20,000 nt of DNA from Ancylonema sp. (Eukaryota), in the NCBI GenBank assembly GCA_050230475.1, contig JBFLGF010000193.1, positions 47,993 to 67,992 of the forward strand, in the 5' to 3' direction. The position numbers were made by a program, and so were the translations under genes. The notes under the pieces were generated by a model. It saw nothing but the letters and a program-made list of their open reading frames with translations, had not been told where the DNA came from and did not search any database. Each line of letters begins with the position of its first letter. The stretch's first letter is position 1. Below are positions 1 through 9,100 of this stretch, piece after piece.

Positions 1-1515
1 CAGCTGGTGGTGGCGGAAATTGAAGTGCTGGGACCTGGGCTCCCGGGTCGTTGTGGGGTGCTGCTGCTGGCACTGCTGTTGGTATAACAGCTTGTCGTGG
101 CACCCCTCTAGCCTTAGGCTCATCATCCGTGCCGGGGAACAGTTGGAAGAAGTGTCCATATGCTCCGGCCTCGACCTGGGGAGCTCTCCCCCCCATCAGT
201 CTCGGGTACCCCGGCACTTCCTCAAAGAAACGGACGTTTGTCCGCACCTTCACACCGGCTCTGAGCGGGTCGAAGATGTTGTAACCGGCCTCATCTGCTG
301 CCAACCCAATGAACACCCCAAAAGCAGTCGTGGCAGCATACTTCCCCGTGTTTGTTCTTATCATGACCGACTTTCAAGTACTGCACTAGGCAACCGAATG
401 TGTGACTTCTGTCCTGAGTTGATTTGGCGTCCCGTCCACTTCTCAATAGGGATCCCCCGTGTCAATGAACTAGTGGGGGTCCTCTTCCTTAGCCAGTTTG
501 CATGCATCAATGCCACATCCTAGTATGATTTAGGCAGTTTTAACCACATCAGCAAGCATCTCATCTTCTCCATCAGTGTTCGGTTCAGTCTTTCACACAT
601 GCCGTTTTGCTGCGGACTGTAGGGGGCAGTCAGTTCGTGCTTGATGCCATTTTCCTCACAATAACCTTTCCAATCCTTGCTGGTATACTCCCCCCCTTCC
701 ATCTCTCCTGATCGATTTCCGGGACCGCCACTCCCACCTGGTCGACTTGGGCCAGCTCCGGAGCTGCCCGAGTAACCCCCTTTCCCCACAAAATTAGCCT
801 GCTGCCCTCCCGGCAGCACCCCTCTTTTGCGGTCGTTGCAGACCTCCCGTCGATCGCCACCGGACAAAGTGTTGACGGCTTGAGGGATCGTGAAGAGTGT
901 TGGCGCAGATATCGCCCAAGACATCACACTCTCCACGCGCGCGCTGTAGCGAGTGTTAGCGAGTGTTGAGGGAATTCAGGAAGTTGATGGTCTGCTTCGC
1001 GGGCTTGACTGGCTCTCCCAGATGCCCCAGACGATCATGCAGCTCCTGAAGCCGCATCACGTAGTCGCTTAGGTCCTCCGCCTCCCCCATGATGATCGCC
1101 GTGAGCTTAGCCTCAGCGTTGGCGATCTCAATGGCTACTTGAATGTCGTAGAAGGCTTTCAGGGAGTCCCACATATCCGCTGCAGTCTCGCAATTTCGTT
1201 CGTGCGTCAGCTCCCCCGTCTGGAGGTGTTTGACGATGTACGCCATTGCAACGATATTCTTCTTTGACCAGGCCTCTCGAACAAGAGTCTGTCGGTGCGT
1301 GCCGTGACCGTTCGAGCGACGTCCGCAGCATCCAGTGCATCGAGCTCGTCCTGCGTCAGTGATGGAGACACGACAGGTTTCGCTTGCCTCGGGGATTCGC
1401 CCCAATCCATGACAATGTCATGCAGCTCCTTGTCAGCTAGACCAAACTTTATTTTGAAAGCCCAGCCCTTGTAGTCTGCTCCTGTGAAGACCGGAATGTA
1501 TGACTTTTCCGTCAT
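1..1515 (-). pseudogene. Copia gag-integrase pseudo-ORF with frameshifts, stops and a large internal deletion
   Basis: gag: MTEKSYIPVFTGADYKGWAFK...TAADMWDSLKAFY...DYVMRLQELHDRL...FLNSL. Integrase: GGEYTSKDWKGYCEENGIKHELTAPYSPQQNGMCERLNRTLMEKMRCLL; after a TAG at 520-522 it continues DVALMHANWLRKRTPT, then with frameshifts HTFGCLVQY and GVFIGLAADEAGYNIFDP...NVRFFE. Confidence 0.9.
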
Positions 1516-1722
1516 TTTAGGCAGCAACTATATATATCTGATGATCAACTCTCAGCTGCTTCCTTCAGCGTGTTTCGTGCAGCGCAGCTCACACCTCTGT
1601 CACTGGCAGCGCAATTCGAAGGATTACGTGGAGCACTTAATAATCCCAACCTTAGAGTCTCTTTGCAGCGAATCGCGTGGAATGCTTGTAGTTATTGACA
1701 CAACGTCTTTAACTAGACTGCA

Positions 1723-1737
1723 GGTGGGCCCATAACC
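1723..1737 (-). promoter_or_regulatory. Primer-binding site of copia A, complementary to the anticodon arm of initiator tRNA-Met
   Basis: Element-sense GGTTATGGGCCCACC; the plus strand GGTGGGCCCATAACC matches the plant tRNAi-Met anticodon arm as recalled. Confidence 0.85.
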
Positions 1738-1740
1738 TTT

Positions 1741-2193
1741 TAGCGATGTTACGTGATAGGTGTGCAAGATCGTGTGAATTTTTCCGTACAAGGAACTTTG
1801 TCTCTCAAAGATGATCAATGACAAGTATTGTGTTGGAAGAATTATAATTGAATGGTCGGCATCGTGTAGGTATACCACGATGCGTCGTCCAAAACAAGAA
1901 TCAACAAAGTGTGCCGACGGTCGTATCTGTGGACCGTCGGCCTATCATAATACAACAACAGTCAGATCATGTCAACGGCACATGCCGGACAGTCTGACAA
2001 GACATAACGTCTAGATCCGGAACCATCTAGACCACACGTGCCACAAACGGCACAATCGAAACGTCATATTCGGGTGCCCGGACATAAGTCCGGCCCCTCA
2101 ATATAAGCACACCCTAGGAATCCTACCGGTTAAACTAACCGGAACTCCGGACTAGCACACTAGCAAGCATGCAAGCATGATATAATTCCTACA
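1741..2193 (-). repeat. 5' LTR of copia A (about 453 bp)
   Basis: Begins TGTAGGAAT on the minus strand at 2193, aligns with 2574-2661 plus 5219-5584, and ends 3 nt before the PBS. The inner boundary is inferred from the PBS position. Confidence 0.82.
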
Positions 2194-2414
2194 GTGCGTG
2201 CCGTGATCGTACGAGCGACGTCCGTAGCATCCAGTGCATCGAGCTCGTCCTGCGTGAGTGGTGGAAGCACGACAGGTTTCGCTTGCCTCGGGTATTCGCC
2301 CCAATCCATGACAACGTCATGCAGTTCCTTGTCAGCTAGGCCGAACTTCACTTTGAAGGCCCAGCCCTTGTAGTCTGCTCCTGTGAAGACCGGAATGTAT
2401 GATTTTTCCGTCAT
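2194..2414 (-). pseudogene. N-terminal gag fragment of copia B
   Basis: MTEKSYIPVFTGADYKGWAFKVKFGLADKELHDVVMDWGEYPRQAKP..., near-identical to the translation of 1295-1515. Confidence 0.88.
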
Positions 2415-2556
2415 TGTAGGCAGCAGTTGAAAGGCTTATCGACAGTCGATTTCTCAACGTGTTTTGTAACGCACCTCACAATTCAGAATCCCTCTCCGCA
2501 GTAGATCGCGTGGAATGCCTGAAGTTATTAACACATCGTCTTTAAGTAGACCGCTT

Positions 2557-2570
2557 GTGGGCCCATAACC
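2557..2570 (-). promoter_or_regulatory. Primer-binding site of copia B (half tRNAi-Met type)
   Basis: Element-sense GGTTATGGGCCCAC, 3 nt after a CA at the LTR end. Confidence 0.83.
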
Positions 2571-2661
2571 TTTTGGCGTTGATACGTGATTGGTGTGCGA
2601 GATTGTGTGGTTCTTTCCGTACAAGGGACTACGTCTCTCAGAGCTGATCAATGACAAGTAT

Positions 2662-3119
2662 TGTTAGGAGTGTAATATGATGGAGCTCCTAGCAAACTGG
2701 GTTGCGAATGCACACACAAAATGATGGTGAAAATGAGTCGATAGGATAGGGGCGATTGAGCTGATGGTCAAGATGGTCGAGTAGGTATGGTAGAGGCACA
2801 ATGTGCAAGTACATGAGTTGATAGGAATGCTCTAAAGGCATTCCTATCGACTATAATCGACTATATATAGTAAACTGGCTCAGGTCTGAATCCCGACTCC
2901 AAGTGGGATAACTCACTCTGGATATGCTAAGGACACATCAAGTCTGGCTAACGGAACAACTGCCGGAGCGAAGGACACATCAGAATACTCCCTAGGGGCC
3001 AAGCGGCCGCTAGGGACACAACTCCCCCTCTATAGGGACAGAACTCGCTACAGGGGACTCTGAGCTAATAGCGCTCTAGCGCTAAGTGTGAAGGAGCTCT
3101 AGTGACTAGCGAGGGTCCT
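2662..3119 (-). repeat. 3' LTR of the gypsy element, lacking its inner 4 bp
   Basis: Direct repeat of 4733-5209; homology stops at GAGGGTCCT, without the terminal AACA. Confidence 0.92.
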
Positions 3120-3614
3120 GGGGATGGGGGTGGTGGTGGGGGTTGGAAGCAAGCACTGAGCGGCACAGTGAGGGCTGGTGAGGGATATGGTGCCTGACTT
3201 CCAATCTATGTTTGGGGTCTGTTTGTGCAGCCACGGGAAACCGAGGACCACCGGGCAGTGCGCCAGTCGGGTGACGTCCAATGAGATGGTCTCCGTGTGG
3301 TTGCCTGGAGATCTGAGCTGTGCCGAAAAATAGCAGGTAATGGGGCCCGCAGCCGGGGGGCTGCCGTCTATCAGCTCGACTGGGATGGGGTGGGGATGGG
3401 GGTGGGTTGGGAGGTTATTGTCTGACAAAACCTGCGGGTCGATAAAGTTGCCTGACGCCCCCGAGTCGATCAGCACTTTGACAGATATGGGAGGGAGGGG
3501 GTAACGAAGCAGGTGGCAAGCCAGCAGAAACTGGCGGGGGTGGGGAAATGGGGAGGGTAGGGGAAAGGGACCCGCACAGACCCCTCCTAGGACTGTGTGG
3601 GGTAGTCGTTTTTT
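3120..3614 (-). pseudogene. Gypsy pol N-terminus: retropepsin aspartic protease, truncated by the deletion
   Basis: VLIDSGASGNFID active site, PVELIDG, VVLGFPWLHKQTPNIDWKSG. The frame is open from the slippery site to the LTR junction. Confidence 0.9.
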
Positions 3615-4656
3615 GACTCGGGGGGTTGCAGATCGAGGAAGCGCACGGTGCGGCCCTTGCCCTTGTTGGGGCAGGTTCTGTTGTCATGGCCGGGCAGGCC
3701 ACAGTAAAGACACAGGTTGCCAGCCACACGGCGGGCCATCTCCGCGGGTTCTACCTTGAGGATCTGGCGGCGGGTGCCGATGTCTATGGGGACAATCTGC
3801 AGGTGAGGGGGCAGCTGTTGGGGGAACTGATCTGCCACTCTGGCTGGTGGGGGGATGTAGGTGGATCTGGAGGGTCTGTCCAAACGAGCAGCAGCCAGGG
3901 CGTGTTCGATGTTCTTGACAAAGGTAACATACTCGGAGAAAGTGTCAGGGGGGGACTGAACCTTCAAGATCTCCTGCCTGAGCTCTGGCTTCAGTTTGTC
4001 AAAGTGTAAGTGAAGATTAATGGATGATCTCCCCACCCCTGAAACCCTCTGACTAAGGTTCTGAACGAACTTGGAAGTGAAGAGTCCTGAACGCCCCCCC
4101 TGTTTGTTTGAGTTCCCGTAGCTGGCGTTCTGTGGTCAGATTGGATGGGGTGTCGCCAAAAGCTTCACTCAGCCCCCTGAGAAGAGCGTTCACGTCATAA
4201 CCCGCGGGAAGGTTGTTATATCAGGGTCGTGTTGCTGAGTGAACCAGTCGCCAGCAGCACCAGTTAGGAAAGACGAGAGAAGTAGAGGACTGTATGCTCA
4301 GGGTCAGAGAATCTGATAGGAGCCACCCGAATCTGGTTACGCACTAGTCGTAGAAAAGTTGCCAGACTTGCAGAATCGCCTGAATATTTCTGTAAATCAG
4401 GGAGGACCATTTCTGAGGAGGGTGGCTTGTAGACTGGTGGGGAAACAGGGATAGGTTGAGCAAAGGAAGGAAGTAGGGCTGAGATAGGAGATGGGGTGCT
4501 GAGGTGCGCCTCCACCACCCTTTGTTTTTCATGAAGCTCGCTCGATTGAGCAAATAAGGTTGTTATTCTATCATCTGTTTCCGCCTGCCGTTCCATGTTT
4601 TCGCTGAGTTGCAACCTCATTGCATTCAGAGTCTCGACAATATGTTGTAACTCCAT
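3587..4656 (-). pseudogene. Gypsy gag, frameshifted, with CCHC zinc knuckle
   Basis: LPDLQKYSGDSASLATFL...RFSDPEHTVLY, then LTGAAGDWF in another frame, then LKPELRQEI...VPIDIG...RRVAGNLCLYCGLPGHDNRTC (CX2CX4HX4C), resembling sushi/PEG10-type gag. Confidence 0.88.
3608..3614 (-). promoter_or_regulatory. -1 ribosomal frameshift slippery heptamer A AAA AAC
   Basis: In gag frame TCA AAA AAC, shortly before the gag stop; the -1 frame reads without stops into LIDSGA. Confidence 0.8.
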
Positions 4657-4719
4657 GAAGAAAACTGAACTGAAAAAGTGAAAAAAGTTTCCTAAAAAAG
4701 TTAAAAAAATCTCAAGTGT

Positions 4720-4730
4720 ATTCCTATCAA
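4720..4730 (-). promoter_or_regulatory. Self-priming PBS of the gypsy element
   Basis: Element-sense TTGATAGGAAT, 2 nt after the 5' LTR, is the exact complement of element-sense ATTCCTATCAA at 4899-4889 inside the LTR. Confidence 0.8.
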
Positions 4731-4732
4731 AG

Positions 4733-5213
4733 TGTTAGGAGTGGAATATGATGGAGCTCCTAGCAAACTGGGTGGCGAATGCACACACAAAATGATGGTG
4801 AAACTGAGTCGATAGGATAGGGGCGAATGAGCCGATGGTCAAGATGGTCGAGTAGGTATGGTAGAGGCACAATGTGCAAGTACATGAGTTGATAGGAATG
4901 CTCTGCTATAAAGGCATTCCTATCGACTATATATGGTAAACTGGCTCAGGTCTGATCTGAATCGAATCACGACTCCAAGTGGGATAACTCACTCTTGGAT
5001 ATGCTAAGGACACATCAAGTCTGGCTAACGGCACAATTGCCGGAGCTAAGGACACATCAGAATACTCCCTAGGGGCCAGGCGGCCGCTAGGGACACAACT
5101 CTCCCACTATAGGGACAGAACTCACTACAGGGGAATCTGAGCTAATAGCGCTCTAGCGCTAAGTGTGAGGACCTCGCTAAGGAGCTCTAGTGACTGTAGC
5201 GAGGGTCCTAACA
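4733..5213 (-). repeat. 5' LTR of the gypsy element (481 bp)
   Basis: TG...CA ends with a perfect 8-bp terminal inverted repeat TGTTAGGA; lies upstream of gag. Confidence 0.93.
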
Positions 5214-5584
5214 AGTATTGTGTTGGAAGAATAATATTGAATGGTCGGCATCGGGTAGGTATACCACGATGCCTCGTACAGATCGAGAATCAACAAAGTG
5301 TGGCGACGGTCGGATCTACGGACCGTCGGCCTATCACAACACAGCAACAATCAGATCATGTCAACGGCACATGCCGGACAGTCTCACAAGACATAACGAC
5401 TAGATGCGGGAACCATCTAGAAACACACGTGCCCTAAACGGCACAATCGAAACGTCATGTTCGGGTGCCCGGACACAAGTCCGGCCCCTCAATACAAGCA
5501 CACCCTAGGAATCCTACCGGTTACACTAACCGGTAGCCCGGACCAGCATACTAGCAAGCATGGCTATCCGATATAATTCCTACA

Positions 5585-5994
5585 AATTGTACGGTAAAGC
5601 AACATCGTTTTGGTCTGATTGTGAAATGTAATTGGATAAGTGTTATCGTCGGGCCAATGTACCCGACGAGGCGACAACGGTACAATGATTACTGGACACT
5701 TTTCTAGCCGACGGTCGGAACTATCGACCGCCGTCGTGCCACCGCACCTGTGTCCACGGCAACATGCCGGACTCGACTGTCACCACACAAATCCAGCTAA
5801 TGGGGTGGTGATACCGCCTGGTATTCTACAACGACTACTAGCTAGGTCACGTCCGTACAAGTGTGGACGTGCCGTGTGCGAACGGATACCCGGGTATAGC
5901 ATTCCCGGCTCCGTGTCCTATAAAGACTCTAAGGCAATTAGCCGGACAAGGCAAACAAGTTATTAATGTGCCTATCCGAACTCAATTCTAAACA
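5585..5994 (-). mobile_element. Diverged LTR remnant (C) related to the copia A/B LTRs
   Basis: Collinear patches: GACGGTCGGAACTATCGACCGCCG vs GACGGTCGGATCTACGGACCGTCG, ACGGCAACATGCCGGAC vs ACGGCACATGCCGGAC, and terminus CTATCCGAACTCAATTCTAAACA vs CTATCCGATATAATTCCTACA. Confidence 0.6.
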
Positions 5995-6082
5995 GCGCGC
6001 ACTATTATTTTCGGGATTATCGAGATGCTAAACAACTCTGGTTTAATACGAAGTTCTACACCGACATATTGTGCGGACTACC

Positions 6083-6104
6083 AAAAAAAAAAAAAAAAAA
6101 AAAA
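6083..6104 (+). repeat. Poly(A) tract (22 nt)
   Basis: Direct read. Similar mononucleotide runs occur at 13581-13598 (A) and 13722-13739 (T). Confidence 0.9.
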
Positions 6105-9100
6105 TCCGAACTACTTTTGAACAATTAACAAAAAAATCCACTTTCGCGACAAAAATCGACGAAGTACGAAAAACTCGGTGTTTAGAGGGGTTGGTTATTT
6201 CAATGGAAATTTATTTCTGAAAATCTCGAACGGCGTGACAATAGTGGGGATCTATAAACACTAAATCAAAAGCGCTTTATTTTATAGGGAACAATTGTTA
6301 TGTGCGGGTGTCATGGTGTCGTTTTATCGGGGTTCATGGGATGCATGGGACGCATGAAATCGTTGAGTAGAATGTCAACCGATGACAAAGAGGTTGCATT
6401 AGGTTGATATGCGGATATGAGTTTGTGCATTATGTGTCCGGTGATTATCTTCACGTTGCATGTAATACTAGGAGAAATGAAACGTCGTGGATAGTCTTCA
6501 TGTGACACGTGTATACTTTCACTTAGATATATCGTTATAGACGGCTGCATAGCCATTGGACTCTAAGACGGTGTAGAAGTCCTCAACCGCGTTTATGCCG
6601 AGGCAAAGCGTAACAACTATAGTGCCACATTTGTGTCAATTCACTTGTGTCAATTCACTACGCTCGCAACGTCACCATGTGTAACTTTGAGAGCGAGGTG
6701 TCTTATCAATCCGTCATAATATTACCGCATTGTCGAATTTTAAGTGCACGGGAGCCTATCACTATAAACGCTCAATTGAGTTCGGAGTATAGCTCGGAGA
6801 AGATTGACCCACTATGAAGAATCCTACAATGGGTGGGGAAGAACAATTTTATGATATAATCCACAAATAATTTGGTCGGGAGGGCTGTTAAGGGGGAGCG
6901 AAATCGGAATAGCTTCTAACCAATGCCCGCGCCGGCCCCACTAGCGGAACGGATCCGTGCTCGAGATGTCGCCGAGTTGGTCGCATTAAAAATCACATCG
7001 TGCAAGGTATCCTGATTGACGAGTGAGCATGAGCTTGAGTGTGTGTTCAATTGGTCTCTAATTTCGAATTTACTCTTATGACAAAGCTTTTTATAATTAA
7101 GTACTTCTTGTGTGATGGGTCCTTCCCGTTACGGTGCGCCCTGCTCCTTCCCACATGGGCTTATCGCCAACTTGGACCCTTTTGCGGTGGGTGAAGCCCC
7201 CGCGGATTTCTTCCCCTTGTTCCATTCTCTCTGTATACTAAACCCTGGGTATAACAATCTTCGTAATAACAACAAACTCGATATGGCAACACACGTTCGT
7301 GACCTTTTTCTCGTCTTTTTTAATTCCTATGTAAATGCTTTATATCAGTATGACGACCCTCCTCATAATGACAATGGATATCGTTATACCATCGTTATCG
7401 TTATTGTTCATGACCACACTTTCACGCATAACGAAAAGTCATTATGTATAAAATCGTGAAAATCTTGAAAATATTGGAAATTTGTCGTGCTTTGGAATCC
7501 GAGCGTATAACAGACAATATAACTTGTCTAAAGGACTTCTGTTGTGGTGGGAGAATACATTCCTTTAGAGAGGTTAATTACTTATACAAGTATGGATTCT
7601 AACGATTCCGGTTTTGGGACCGGAATTTGGTATTCCTTTAAAGAGGTTAGTCCTTCATACATTATTCCTTAATATCGGTTATACTTTATGATAACACGCA
7701 TGACGCATTTGATGCAAACTCCAAGGCAAAGTAATAAATCCTCAATCTTGTGACACTTATTTCAGAGATGACGAGTGAATGTCGACGTTGTATAACGACA
7801 CCTCAACATAGCGACATCTTTCTACAGATTTGTGTTTTCGTTGTATGGAGGGTTTGCTTTACCGCGGTATTTGTTCCCCCGATTCATGGGGGACTGAGGG
7901 GGGACAACGCTGGGCCGGGGGGGAAACGGAGACTAAAAAGCTGACGCTCGGAAACCCTCTGAAACTACCGCCCGAGTACGGAGAAGTTAGAATTAGAAAT
8001 CAAGGTAGAGAAGGACAAAGAAATAAAGTGGACGAGAAGACAGAACGTTCGTGGAATATGAAAGTCTTGGTGGTATTCTCACTGTTCCGCTTCAGTTTAG
8101 TTTTCCATTCGCTTGATCTGCTTCCTATGTATCCTACGGAAGACTGTTTCTGGTGTCCGATTCAACTTCTGGAGCGGTCCTTGTGCACAGTCGGCACATA
8201 CTAGACTGTTGCTTTTTATTCGGCTAAAAGTTGTTATAGTCACGAACTCTTACGATGCAGGTGGCAGCTCCAGAATCTGTACCGAATCAGCTGTCGTTGT
8301 TCATGGCGGCACAGGCTGAGCGAGCTCTCGCCTATAATGAGTTTGAGCGGTGAGCAAACATCTCTCTGTTTCGAGCAACCTCTGGTTCTTTGTCTTGACT
8401 CTGTCGAAATCAGAACCAGGCCTTCAGGATGACATCTGACGGTCCTCTTAAGTCCACTCGAATGACGTTGGTTCTCCGTGCAGAGGTTTTAAAAAACATA
8501 TGGTTGGGGGACCTGTATCTGAATACGAGGCCCTGTGTGCGGCTGTCACAGCAACTTTCAACAAGTGCTCCAGTCAGGTCAGTGGTAGCTTCAATGTATC
8601 TCCTCTTCTGAAAAACTGGCTCATGTATGGAGTCAGTATGTTTTTCTACAATTTCTGCTGCAAGACGGTCAGGCTTTGTTGGTGCCTCTCGGTGGTCCTC
8701 TAACTATCCCCACCTGCCTTCACACTACTTTGTGTTTTTTCTTCAAAGGACATATTTGCCTTATTGATTTGAGGTGTCAATGATAAATTCACGGCAGGTT
8801 AAAGCCGTATCTGCTACTTTGAGGAACGGATCCCAACCACGACCAGACTTAGCAGACATTTTACAAGACATACAAACCGAAGAGCGAAAGAAGTTGCAGT
8901 CGGTGAGCATCTACTTGACGAGTCTCTATGTCGCTTGTTAAGAAGACGGTGCATGCATTCGTTACCAACATATCAATGTGAGGTCGTGTGAACTTTTGAG
9001 TCTTGCCTTGAGAGGAAGAACAAAGTGAAAATTCATAAATAAACTTTCTTACATCTTTTTATGTGGGAGCATTGAATGGTCATGACGAGAGGGAGTGGCA

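Larger units (their letters stand above)
1..2193 (-). mobile_element. Ty1/copia LTR retrotransposon copy A, decayed and internally deleted, continues beyond the left edge of the window
   Basis: Order on the minus strand is LTR (2193-1741), PBS, leader, gag, integrase core, integrase SH3-like region. Integrase directly after gag and the motif types are copia-like. Confidence 0.92.
2662..5213 (-). mobile_element. Ty3/gypsy LTR retrotransposon (Tf1/sushi/Tcn1-like), gag plus protease only; RT, RNase H, integrase and PPT are missing
   Basis: Two similar direct LTRs; outer ends TGTTAGGA...TCCTAACA; 5-bp TSD AGTAT at 2657-2661 and 5214-5218; the empty site matches LTR A (ACAAGTATTGTGTTGG at 1821-1836). 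The clade assignment is inference. Confidence 0.93.
2194..5584 (-). mobile_element. Ty1/copia copy B, 5' part (LTR 5584-5219 plus 2661-2574, PBS, gag start), interrupted by the gypsy element and by copy A
   Basis: LTR, PBS and gag start are all homologous to copy A. gag homology breaks exactly at the terminus of LTR A (2193/2194). Confidence 0.88.

Noticed and set aside
20..523. Plus-strand ORFs here and at 3626-4009, 14570-14968 and 15363-15620
   Set aside because: Antisense shadows of retroelement or Lhcb4 coding sequence with no recognisable motifs.
1723..1737. tRNA-Met gene
   Set aside because: Only the anticodon-arm match is present, with no cloverleaf; it is a PBS.
1831..2193. Shorter copia LTR definition TGTTGGAA...TTCCTACA (also 5221-5584)
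   Set aside because: It has neat TG..CA ends but leaves about 90 bp before the PBS. The 1741 boundary fits PBS adjacency better. It cannot be fully excluded without a 3' LTR.
7109..7256. Small TG...CA solo LTR
   Set aside because: No matching TSD and no second copy in the window.
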